Source: an uncultured Pseudomonadota bacterium
Lineage (GTDB): Bacteria > Babelota > Babeliae > Babelales > JAUPTZ01
Direction: 5' to 3'
DNA length: 64,000 nucleotides
Assembly: GCA_964429275.1 (NCBI GenBank)
Contig: CAYSBJ010000001.1
Location: 389,776-453,775, forward strand
A model generated the notes under the pieces. It saw nothing but the letters and a program-made list of their open reading frames with translations, had not been told where the DNA came from and did no database searches. Every line of letters starts with the position of its first letter. The stretch's first letter is position 1. Both the position numbers and the translations under genes were made by a program. Shown piece by piece: positions 46,765-55,091 of the stretch.

Positions 46765-46802
46765 AGGGCGTGCTCGCTGGTGTAAGCTGCGGGCGCGCTT
46801 TC
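46765..46802 (+). terminator. Hairpin/terminator between the first two SBP genes
   Basis: agggcgtgctcgc...gcgggcgcgcttt followed by a T-rich tail. Confidence 0.5.
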
Positions 46803-46831
46803 TTATTTCTTTTGGGATAGGTGGGGTTTAG

Positions 46832-47893
46832 ATGAATGAATTATTAAAAATGTTAGTGCTGGTTATAGCTGGCGGCTGTCTTGGGGCAGTGGTTTATCGG
46901 TGGTATAGCAAAACATCTGAGCCGGTTGATACACGGCCGGTAAAGCATGTGGCGATACTAACAAAAAACCTTGAAGTGCATAGGGAGGTTCTTGTCGGTG
47001 TTTTAGCTGTTTTAGAGAATGAGAAACGTGTTCGAGTAATTCCACGCATTTATTGTAGTGACGTAAAAAACAAAATCACTGAAACTAGCATTACCGAACA
47101 AGCAATTGATGATAAACCAGATCTCATTTTAGCTATTGGCGATGGGCTTTCTCAGCTGGCAAAAGGGATCATTTCAAAACGAAGGCCTGCATTGCCTTTA
47201 GTGTTTTGTGCTGTTACTGACCCGCTGGTCTCTGGGCTGATAGAAGCACTTGAGAAACCTGGGTGCAATGTTACTGGAGTGGCGTGCTTTGCTACAGATA
47301 AGACGTTATGCCTACGACTTTTAATAAAGGCCTTTCCTTTGGTTAAGCGTGTTTTGCTTCCTTATTATGTCGAGTCTAACAGTGCTGTTGAAGAGGCTGC
47401 GCATGAAATTGCTGCTTGTGGGAAGAAGTGCGGTATAGAGGTTGCCTTACTGCCTATTGATGGTCGTCAACATGCCATAATCTTAATTCAGGAGTGGCTT
47501 CGAGCTTGCGATGCAGTGATGATACTTCAGAACTGTAAAATACAGGACATTGCTGAAAATATTGCAAAATTAGCTCGCCAATATGGTGTGTTATTTTATT
47601 CTCCAAGTAGGGCACTGGTGCTCAAGGGAGATGCTCCGATTGGATTTGGAGTACGTATGGATAAGATAGGGCTCGATGCAGCTAAAATTGCTTGTAAGAT
47701 CCTGGTTGAAGGTGTATCCCCTCACGAAGTACCTGTTGAATTTGAACAGTACAACCAAAGTTTTTTTATTAATCGGGAAGCTTTATTGAGCCAAGGAGTG
47801 CCAATAGATCAAGATCTCTTGCTTCTCTTATCGCAAGCCGAATTTGTCTCACCAAATGAAGGGGTTGAAGATGCCAGCAAGAACAGCATTTAG
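46832..47893 (+). CDS. ABC substrate-binding protein (ABC_sub_bind/PF04392-like) with N-terminal anchor
   Basis: PDLILAIG, PLVFCAVTDPLVSGLI..LEKPGCNVTGV, IG..AA.IA.KIL.EG.SP.EVPVE, FIN. Confidence 0.85.
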   Translation: MNELLKMLVLVIAGGCLGAVVYRWYSKTSEPVDTRPVKHVAILTKNLEVHREVLVGVLAVLENEKRVRVIPRIYCSDVKNKITETSITEQAIDDKPDLILAIGDGLSQLAKGIISKRRPALPLVFCAVTDPLVSGLIEALEKPGCNVTGVACFATDKTLCLRLLIKAFPLVKRVLLPYYVESNSAVEEAAHEIAACGKKCGIEVALLPIDGRQHAIILIQEWLRACDAVMILQNCKIQDIAENIAKLARQYGVLFYSPSRALVLKGDAPIGFGVRMDKIGLDAAKIACKILVEGVSPHEVPVEFEQYNQSFFINREALLSQGVPIDQDLLLLLSQAEFVSPNEGVEDASKNSI

Positions 47894-48911
47894 TTTTGGG
47901 CCCAAGCAGCTCCGTAAGGCAATACTGCGTTCAAAATCGGTTAATATTGCGGTTTTAATGAAAGATTTGCCGGAGCATGAAAGCATTTTGGATGGGTGTT
48001 TAGATGAATTATCGTTGCGAACATCGGTAAAACCATCCATTACTCGTATTCCAGGTAATTTTAAGTGGTGCGAAGTGCATGCAATTGCTCTTGAAATTGT
48101 TAAGAAACGGCCAGGCTCTATTGTTACAATTGGGGTTCTTTGCAGCCAATTAATGCGTCAAGTACTTAAAGAGGAAGGAGTTGATATCCCTCTCTTTCAT
48201 GGCGGGGTTGAAAGACCTGAGTTCTTTGGCTTGTTGCCTTCGCTCACGGAGCAATTTCGCGCTACAGGTGTTACTGGTGGTCAGCCGATATATACTGCAA
48301 CGATGCATGTCTTGAGTGTTCTAAGGCCTCAAATGAAGCATCTCTTAATTCCTTACAGCGTTTTGGCAGCTGGTGGGATGCTTACCAATGCAGTTGCTGT
48401 TGCCAAGCGTTATTGTGAGAATCGAAACATTAAGATAACTGTTGCACCGTTTTTTCGCGGAGAAATGCCTATGGAGCGTATAGCCTCCTGCTTTGATGGG
48501 GTCGATACGGTCATGTGTTTCGAGGGATGTGAGACTCATTTGTATAAAGAAGCACTCATCGCTGAGTGCAAGAAAAGGGGTGTTGTCGTGTATGGTGGCA
48601 GTCCTGATCTGCTTAAGCAAGGAGCTGCGTTGGGCCATGTACTTGATTACAGCTCTATTGGTAAGGCTTTGGCGCGGTATATTTATAAAGCCCTATGGCT
48701 TGGCATGCCGTTAAGCTCATTGCCGTTTTTGTCTCTTGGTGCTAATGCGCGCCGAATTGTAATTAATGAAGAAGTGGTAAAAGAGCTGGGGGTTACTTTT
48801 GATGAAGATGTCATGCATCTAATTCAAAGGGGTACCGTGTACGGTAATATCTTTCTTGGGGACGCCGGTATGCTGCTTGGTGAAGAAATGCCAGAAAAGG
48901 AGGAGTACTAA
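47871..48911 (+). CDS. ABC substrate-binding-like protein, no signal peptide
   Basis: IVTIG, IPLF.GGV..P..FGLL, ATGV, KHLLIPY, LLKQGAA, DY..IGK, IVINE. Confidence 0.75.
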   Translation: MPARTAFSFGPKQLRKAILRSKSVNIAVLMKDLPEHESILDGCLDELSLRTSVKPSITRIPGNFKWCEVHAIALEIVKKRPGSIVTIGVLCSQLMRQVLKEEGVDIPLFHGGVERPEFFGLLPSLTEQFRATGVTGGQPIYTATMHVLSVLRPQMKHLLIPYSVLAAGGMLTNAVAVAKRYCENRNIKITVAPFFRGEMPMERIASCFDGVDTVMCFEGCETHLYKEALIAECKKRGVVVYGGSPDLLKQGAALGHVLDYSSIGKALARYIYKALWLGMPLSSLPFLSLGANARRIVINEEVVKELGVTFDEDVMHLIQRGTVYGNIFLGDAGMLLGEEMPEKEEY

Positions 48912-48912
48912 G

Positions 48913-49845
48913 ATGAACATCGAAAAACGCATTGCAGTCCTTTCACGGGCTCGGTATTCGTACCATCGTCAACTTGGCATGGGTTTCTTGGAAGGCCTCG
49001 ATTTGTTTACCGGGCATATTGATGATTGGGAACCAATTATGTTTTTCTCTCGTGAAGCCCATCGTGACATTATGCGTGAGCGCGTTAAAGATGTTATTGC
49101 CCAGGGGCACGACCTTATTCTGCCAATAGGTGCGCTGTGGAGTGAGATTGCCATAGAGTATGTCCGTGAATACAATGTTAAAACTCCAGTGCTTTTTAGT
49201 GGTGTGACCGATCCGGTGGCGCTGAAAATGTTGCCGACGTTGGCCCCTGATCATCAGGTGACTGGCGTAGTTATGGAACAGTTTAGTTGGGTGCGCGTGG
49301 CAGCCATGCTGTTAAAAATTAAGCCGCATATGAAACGAGTGATTATTCCGTATTATCGACATGCAGAGAATGGCCTGGTTGAGGAGCGCCTCAAGGAGGT
49401 GCAGGCGTATTACGCTACAAAAGAAGTTGATTGTATCCTGTACGCGGTTGATATAGTCCGGTCTTATCCCCAAGAAATGCATGACTTTATGTTGAAATCT
49501 GATGTCATTTGGTCGTTTGAAGGCGGCTTTTTGGACGTCTATAGTAAAGATCTCATTGAAATGTGTAATGACCACAGTATTACTTTTTTCTCCAATAATG
49601 CAGCTCACTTGGCGCAAGGGGCGGCTCTTGTTTTTGCGATACCGGACTTTACCGCCATTGGCCAGGCGTTGGTGCTGCAGGCGTATCAGTTGCTTGAAAA
49701 AGGCAAACGGCCTGATCAGGTACCAATTATCACCTTGCCCAACGAGCGTCGCATGATGATTAACCCGGTTGCATGTAAGCAACAAGGGATTGAAGTGGAT
49801 GAGAAATTGTTGGTGGCTATACGCGCTGGGATGTTTACGATATAA
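48913..49845 (+). CDS. ABC substrate-binding-like protein, no signal peptide
   Basis: DLILPIG, PVLFSGVTDPV, VTGV, KRVIIPY, QGAA, DF.AIG, GKRPDQVPI; AGGAG RBS. Confidence 0.8.
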   Translation: MNIEKRIAVLSRARYSYHRQLGMGFLEGLDLFTGHIDDWEPIMFFSREAHRDIMRERVKDVIAQGHDLILPIGALWSEIAIEYVREYNVKTPVLFSGVTDPVALKMLPTLAPDHQVTGVVMEQFSWVRVAAMLLKIKPHMKRVIIPYYRHAENGLVEERLKEVQAYYATKEVDCILYAVDIVRSYPQEMHDFMLKSDVIWSFEGGFLDVYSKDLIEMCNDHSITFFSNNAAHLAQGAALVFAIPDFTAIGQALVLQAYQLLEKGKRPDQVPIITLPNERRMMINPVACKQQGIEVDEKLLVAIRAGMFTI

Positions 49846-49915
49846 AGACGAGGGTGGTCGTCGTACATCTGGCATGGTAGTTGGTCTTATTTTATGAATA
49901 GTGAGGATGGTTTTT

Positions 49916-50419
49916 ATGGAAAATCGTAGTAAGGCATTGATCTTTGTTGCAGTCGTATTATCCCTCTTGGGGTATGCATGTAACGCGAATGATATGAGCG
50001 TTCCTGACGCTCTTGCGGCGCCATTGCAGCAAGGGATGGTTGATGAAAAGAGTTGCGCATATCAGTGCACGAGTTGCGGTAGTTTTTGGTACCGTGTGAC
50101 GAGAGGCGCAGCAGGCTGGACTGATTGCTCGCCTTCTTATTCTTGCTTTGAAAGTTGTGGTAAGAGTTACGTAGGCAGTGTGGATGAGTGTAGGGAGTGG
50201 TTGCGTTCAAGAGGGAATGGGTGTTCATGCTGTTGCCCAAACGAGTGTGCGGTAGGGTCGGCCGAGACGCTTGTTTTTTGTACGTGGTGTGCGATTGTCG
50301 CAGTGCCGTGTGGGGTGTGCTGTTCGGTATGTGTAGCTGTTTCTGGTTTGTGTTCAGTCATCTGCGGTGATATGGAGTATGCTTCTACGCCTCGCGAAGG
50401 AAGATTGTTGGAGGTATAG
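49916..50419 (+). CDS. Exported cysteine-rich protein
   Basis: Signal peptide; 21 Cys in 167 aa (CSCCC, CGVCCSVC); GAGGA RBS. Confidence 0.7.
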   Translation: MENRSKALIFVAVVLSLLGYACNANDMSVPDALAAPLQQGMVDEKSCAYQCTSCGSFWYRVTRGAAGWTDCSPSYSCFESCGKSYVGSVDECREWLRSRGNGCSCCCPNECAVGSAETLVFCTWCAIVAVPCGVCCSVCVAVSGLCSVICGDMEYASTPREGRLLEV

Positions 50420-50453
50420 TTCAAAGTAAGTAAGCGGTGGCAGGGCAATTTAA

Positions 50454-50488
50454 GTCTGGATTGCCGCGTTGGTAAGCCTGCTCGCAAT
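50454..50488. repeat. RPE/REP-like element downstream of the pilin
   Basis: gtctggattgccgcg...ctcgcaat, same orientation as 51043-51073. Confidence 0.65.
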
Positions 50489-50524
50489 ATCGGAAAGCCC
50501 GTTGCTTTCTTGTTGCTAAAACTT

Positions 50525-50992
50525 TCATATTTCCCGTTTAATATCCCCGGTATGATCAATTGCCCACACCTCGGTGCGCTCCTGCGTTTTGAGCGCCGCT
50601 TTGAGCACAAAGCTTTCTGCGGTTACCGTGCTGCCAGCTAAAAGCTCAACTGGGGTGCCGGATGAACCGGTGCAGTACGTGATGCCTTCTCCTCCCTCAG
50701 CGCCAATGCTGCCATAGGTATAGGAATTCCCCGTGGTTTCTGGGTTCCCGGTGTATCCCTTTGGGTACCATTCTACGGTTTTGAGGTTGGCGGTGAAGCG
50801 TCCATGCTGAATGTGATAGGCTTGCTCAGCGGCGTAGAGGTTACTCAGGTTCAGTGTTACCTCCGTCTGGCGTGCTTTGTGATAAAAGGCGCTGTATCGT
50901 GGCACAATGAGTTTGGCCAAAAAGAGAATGATGGCAATGACAATAAGAAGTTCTATCAGGGTAAAGGCGTTTTGGGTGGATTGCTTCGTCAC
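50525..50992 (-). CDS. Type IV pilin (prepilin N-terminal cleavage/methylation domain)
   Basis: NA^FTLIELLIVIAII...LIVPRY..F..KARQTE...NL..LY.AE.AY; GAGGAG RBS before GTG. Confidence 0.9.
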   Translation of the reverse strand: MTKQSTQNAFTLIELLIVIAIILFLAKLIVPRYSAFYHKARQTEVTLNLSNLYAAEQAYHIQHGRFTANLKTVEWYPKGYTGNPETTGNSYTYGSIGAEGGEGITYCTGSSGTPVELLAGSTVTAESFVLKAALKTQERTEVWAIDHTGDIKREI

Positions 50993-51042
50993 TTGAGGCT
51001 CCTCGGGGTTATAGCGTGGTATAGTCAGAATTAGAGTGATCT

Positions 51043-51073
51043 GTCTGGATTGCCGCGCTGCACTCGCAATGAC
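51043..51073. repeat. RPE/REP-like element upstream of the pilin
   Basis: gtctggattgccgcgctgcactcgcaatgac, followed by a gacccgc-ctt-gcgggtc hairpin. Confidence 0.7.
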
Positions 51074-51265
51074 CCGCCTTGCGGGTCTTAAAAATCAATA
51101 TTTTAAATCGCGTTGAATATAAATAGGTTCTAGTGATTTAAATTTTGCCAAAATCGTTGAGGAAATCACTAGTTTTTTTAGCCAGAGGGGGCGCCGTGTG
51201 TTATGTTTGGAGTCGGTTGGCTAATCGGTCATGTCGTTGATTATCGAGTAGGTAATAGGAAAATT

Positions 51266-51532
51266 ATGAAAAAAGCATTTTTTCTTGCGGTAAGCACCGC
51301 TGTCTTATTGGGGAACATAGTTTTAGGCGTTACGGTCATGCATCCTGAGTTATGCGAATGTAATGAGTCTTTTGCCGGGGCAGCCGCGGGGTTGACTATT
51401 GGTGATTGGCTTTTGTGCAAAGTACAGCAGCTTATGGCCCGGTGTGATGCTTTGGTTGCTGCAAGATGTGAATCGTCAGCTGCTTGTGCTGAAGAAGCAG
51501 TTGATGCTCTCAAACACCTCAGATGTGGTTAG
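51266..51532 (+). CDS. Small Cys-containing exported/membrane hypothetical protein
   Basis: AGGA RBS; MKKAFFLAVSTAVLLGNIVLG hydrophobic start. Confidence 0.6.
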   Translation: MKKAFFLAVSTAVLLGNIVLGVTVMHPELCECNESFAGAAAGLTIGDWLLCKVQQLMARCDALVAARCESSAACAEEAVDALKHLRCG

Positions 51533-52482
51533 CGCGCGAGAGCTTTTGTAACTTGCAAGACCAGTTCTTCAAGAGAAAGTGGGCTGGTAACGCCAGAGGC
51601 CAAGATGTGGCCGCCACCGCCAAATTGGCGTGCGATGGCGTTTACGTTGGCTGATTTGCTGCGGAATGATGCTTTGCTCATTCCATTGTTTTCGTAAAAA
51701 AGAATGGTAATGTCATTATCTAGTGTTTGGCAAAAGACTGTTATAAAGCCGATTAATGCCTGTTCGGTGAGTCCGTATTCAGCTAAAAGTTCGTTGCTGC
51801 ACACAGTCCAGACAGCGTTTGTGTGCGGGTCATACTGAGCGCTACTGAGTAGTCGGCCCCAGAGCCCAAAGATTTTAGGGTCGCTGTGTATGATGAGGGC
51901 GTTATTTAGTTCTGATAAATTCCCGCCAGAGTCAATAAGGCCGGCTGCAACGCGCAGTGTTTCGGCGGTAGTACCAGGTACTTTGAAGTTAAGAGTATCG
52001 CACATGATACCAAACAGCAGCATATTGGCAATATCTGGAGTAATGGTGCGGTTCCATGCTCTCAATAAGTGGTAAACGAGCTCGCAGGTACTGGTTGTGA
52101 GGGTGTCGACAATGCTTATGTCGGCTGGAATGGTGTTGTTTTGATGATGGTCGATGTTGATGTGCTTGACGCCAGCAAACACTTCGGGGAAATACAGACG
52201 ATTCATCGTTGGTGTATCGCAGCTTATGATGAGGTCTGGGTGCATGGTGTGAGTATTTTCTTGAAGTGCTTCAATGGTATAGGGGAGCGGATCTTTACCG
52301 ATACCAGGGTAAATGACCTCTACTTTTTTGCCATGTCGTTGTAACATAATCGCCAAAGCGCCGCAGGCACCAAGGGCGTCTGGATCAGGTTTTTGATGTG
52401 CAAGGAGTGTGATTCGGTGTGCTGGCTCGATGAGGGACCATGCAGCCTGACTTTTATGCGTGAAATCTACGTGTTTGCTCAT
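51529..52482 (-). CDS. nrnA: DHH/DHHA1 phosphoesterase (NrnA-like nanoRNase/pAp phosphatase)
   Basis: HQKPDPDALG, CD, NIDHH, STCEL, DT..F, SFRS, FGGGGH..ASG. Confidence 0.9.
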   Translation of the reverse strand: MSKHVDFTHKSQAAWSLIEPAHRITLLAHQKPDPDALGACGALAIMLQRHGKKVEVIYPGIGKDPLPYTIEALQENTHTMHPDLIISCDTPTMNRLYFPEVFAGVKHINIDHHQNNTIPADISIVDTLTTSTCELVYHLLRAWNRTITPDIANMLLFGIMCDTLNFKVPGTTAETLRVAAGLIDSGGNLSELNNALIIHSDPKIFGLWGRLLSSAQYDPHTNAVWTVCSNELLAEYGLTEQALIGFITVFCQTLDNDITILFYENNGMSKASFRSKSANVNAIARQFGGGGHILASGVTSPLSLEELVLQVTKALAR

Positions 52483-52742
52483 GTCATTCCCTAATAATAA
52501 ACGCAGTGTGTCTAAAGATTTTCTTCAGCATACCTTTTTGCTGATTTCCTGCCAACTATTTTTCGTCTTGGCCTTCCTGATCAGGCGATCGAGAGAAAAA
52601 GACCTTTGACAATGATGTGAATATATACTACAGTTATTCGCACTTTGAATATTTCTATTAAAGCGAATGTACTCTTTTGATAAGAAGTGCGTCGCGAGCA
52701 GCGCCGAAGATGATGTTTTAAGAAACAATGAGGAGTCAGTGC

Positions 52743-54149
52743 ATGAACAATGTGGCGACAAAAGTAAGTAAATCGATAGCCGGGCAGCCGAGTAAGGTTC
52801 GCAGTTATCACGAAGTTGTGGAGTATTTGGATGCGCTCCCGGCTCGCGAATATGGCCCTGCCGCAGTTGCGCGGATGGCAAAACTGAATGAATTGTTTGG
52901 CAATGTAGCCCATAAAGTGAACACAGTTTTAGTTGGTGGTACCAACGGAAAAAGCTTGGCAATCAATTTTGCTGTGAAGCTGTTTAATGAAGAAAACGTT
53001 GCTTCCTGCGCATTGTATTCTACTCACTTCCTCACTTACAACGAACGCATTTCGTTTAACGGCGAAGCAATTGCTAATAAACCGTTTGCCGACGTTATGA
53101 ATCAAGTCATCAATGCAGTTGAAGTGGCTGGTATTCAGGCAACAGCGCATGAGTTGGTGCTCTTGGCCGGATTTCATTTCGGGGTTGAAAACAAAGCTGA
53201 AGTTACGCTGGTGGAAGTTTCTCTTGGTGGCAAGAATGACGTTTCTGCAGTTTGTAACCCGTGCATGACAGTGGTTACACGTGTGGCAGACGATGCAACT
53301 AAGACTCTTGGCGATACTGAAGATGCCATTGCGGCTGAGTTGGTGTCTATCGCGCGTCCTGGTATTTATTTTGTATCAGCAGAGCAAAGCAAAATTCGCC
53401 TTCAACGCATGAAAGTGTTGGTTGAAGAAGCTGGTGCTAAGTGGGCAATGCCAATTCGCAAGCTTGCTCCGCTGCCGTATATCTACGAACAGTTGTATGG
53501 TCGTATTGCATCGCTAGGTGAGCGTATTACGCAGCTGTATGTAGAAGAAATTTTAAATCGATTCTCGCCGTTCCTTCGTGGTAATTTGCTTGCAACGCAA
53601 GAAGGACAACGCGGTCGTCCAACGCTTGAAGCAAAGCGTAATGCAGAAATGAATCCAATTAAGTCAATGAAGAATTTCTGGAAAAACCAGTTTTCGTTGC
53701 TTCGCGGTCGCTTCGAGGTGCTTGATAAAGAAAAGCCGGTGGTTGTCTTGGACAATGCAAGCAATGTTGATGCCTTGACCAACGTATTTCTTGGTGCCCG
53801 TTTGTTGCATTATCAACGCCTTCTCAAAGGCTTTGTGCTGATCATGGGAGCTTCAAAAGCGCTTGATGTAGATGATTTGTTGAAGGCGATTCGTTATTTG
53901 CTTAAAAAAGTGCCAGGTGAAGTTATTTTTATCCCGCTTGAGCACGTGTCGTATGAGTCATACAAGCCGGAAGAGTTGGCGGCATTGGCTGCTGAGCTCA
54001 ATATTCGTGTCCGGGCAGCCCATTCTTTTGAGGAAGCGTTTGCGCTTGCTAAGGAATTGGTTGATCCACGCGAAGGTTTGATTACCGTTACCGGCTCACC
54101 AGCAGTGGTAAGTGAATACTGGCGGCTTCGTGAAGTTAAAAAGCTCTAG
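52743..54149 (+). CDS. FolC/Mur-ligase-family protein, divergent
   Basis: VGGTNGKS, YNERI, EVSLGG..D, LG.T...IA.E, GRFE...P.VVLD.A.N, VTGS; several catalytic positions altered. Confidence 0.8.
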   Translation: MNNVATKVSKSIAGQPSKVRSYHEVVEYLDALPAREYGPAAVARMAKLNELFGNVAHKVNTVLVGGTNGKSLAINFAVKLFNEENVASCALYSTHFLTYNERISFNGEAIANKPFADVMNQVINAVEVAGIQATAHELVLLAGFHFGVENKAEVTLVEVSLGGKNDVSAVCNPCMTVVTRVADDATKTLGDTEDAIAAELVSIARPGIYFVSAEQSKIRLQRMKVLVEEAGAKWAMPIRKLAPLPYIYEQLYGRIASLGERITQLYVEEILNRFSPFLRGNLLATQEGQRGRPTLEAKRNAEMNPIKSMKNFWKNQFSLLRGRFEVLDKEKPVVVLDNASNVDALTNVFLGARLLHYQRLLKGFVLIMGASKALDVDDLLKAIRYLLKKVPGEVIFIPLEHVSYESYKPEELAALAAELNIRVRAAHSFEEAFALAKELVDPREGLITVTGSPAVVSEYWRLREVKKL

Positions 54150-54175
54150 TCGGCGTCAAATTCGATAAGGTTTTT

Positions 54176-54208
54176 AAGGGTGGTAGAGAAATCTACCACC
54201 CTTTTTTT
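54176..54208 (+). terminator. Rho-independent terminator
   Basis: aagggtggtaga-gaaa-tctaccaccctt followed by a T tract. Confidence 0.85.
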
Positions 54209-54348
54209 GCGTATGTATTGGGGGGGTGATTATGAAGGGAAGAAATTGGGTAAACAGACCCATAATGTGATAACATAATTTGATTGGCAACAGGTTCTTT
54301 GGTGTGGTAGGGTGCATGTGTGGTACTTTATTTACCCTTCGCTGAATA

Positions 54349-54862
54349 CCCCAGGCTTTTAAACCTGGGGATTAAAGCGTAGCCTTAAAGCGCAAGCAAA
54401 ATCTAAGATTTTGCTAAGCGATGGTGTTTGGCGTATTCTGCAACTATGAAGTATTATTGGACGGGAGCACATTGTAAACATCGGCTTATGTATCACTTAG
54501 TTTGGATTCAAAAATACAGGAAAAAGCTTCTGAAGGGAGCATTATCTGCGTGACTAGAGGAGCTCTTCAAAGAGTGTGCAGAGGTAAATCGTTGGGCGAT
54601 TCATGAGTTAAATATTCAATTGGATCATGTGCACATGTTGGTGCAATTGAGGCAGGGTGTCTCTGTGAGCAGGGCAGTGCAGCTATTCAAAGGTGTTAGT
54701 AGCAAAAAAATTAGAGAAGAATACCCTGAACTGGAAGAGTTTCTTTGGGGGGATAGCTTCTGGTCAGATGGCTATTTTGCTGAGACAGTAGATCAATTGA
54801 GCGAAGATCGCATGCGTGAATACATTAAAATCAATAGGTATATCTTCATTCAGGTCAGATGA
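54349..54862 (+). mobile_element. Degenerate IS200/IS605-family element (left-end hairpins plus tnpA, no tnpB)
   Basis: ccccagg-cttttaaa-cctgggg (54349-54370) and agcaaaatc-taa-gattttgct (54395-54415) upstream of a Y1 transposase. Confidence 0.8.
54446..54837 (+). pseudogene. tnpA: IS200-type Y1 transposase pseudogene
   Basis: MKYYWTGAHCKHRLMYHLVWIQKYRKK..., in-frame TGA at 54551, HUH DHVHML, FWSDGYFAETV, EYIK; one extra A near 54830 would restore YIKNQ*. Confidence 0.88.
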
Positions 54863-55091
54863 CATTGATTTTAAGCCGTCTTATTTCTGATGAGCTGTCT
54901 CTGGGCTATAAGCATGAAGAAAAAGTGATAAAATCATGTGGGACTAAGTTGTGACAAAATCACTTTGGCTTGACACAAACACACAATTTAATTGAAAAAA
55001 AATTTGAGCTTAGTATTATTGATTAGTAATAAGTTTCAATCTTGCAATTATTGCCTGGTTGGCTGTAGGGGCGTTATACAAGGGGGGTGTT

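Noticed and set aside
54551..54553. In-frame TGA as evidence of recoding (Trp/Gly/Sec)
   Set aside because: Many intact genes here end in TGA with ATGA coupling, and Trp is encoded by TGG; a nonsense mutation is simpler
54925..54963. Two GTGA-N5-TCA(T/C) motifs resembling CRP/FNR sites
   Set aside because: The spacer is 5 rather than 6 bp, and the AT-rich context makes chance likely
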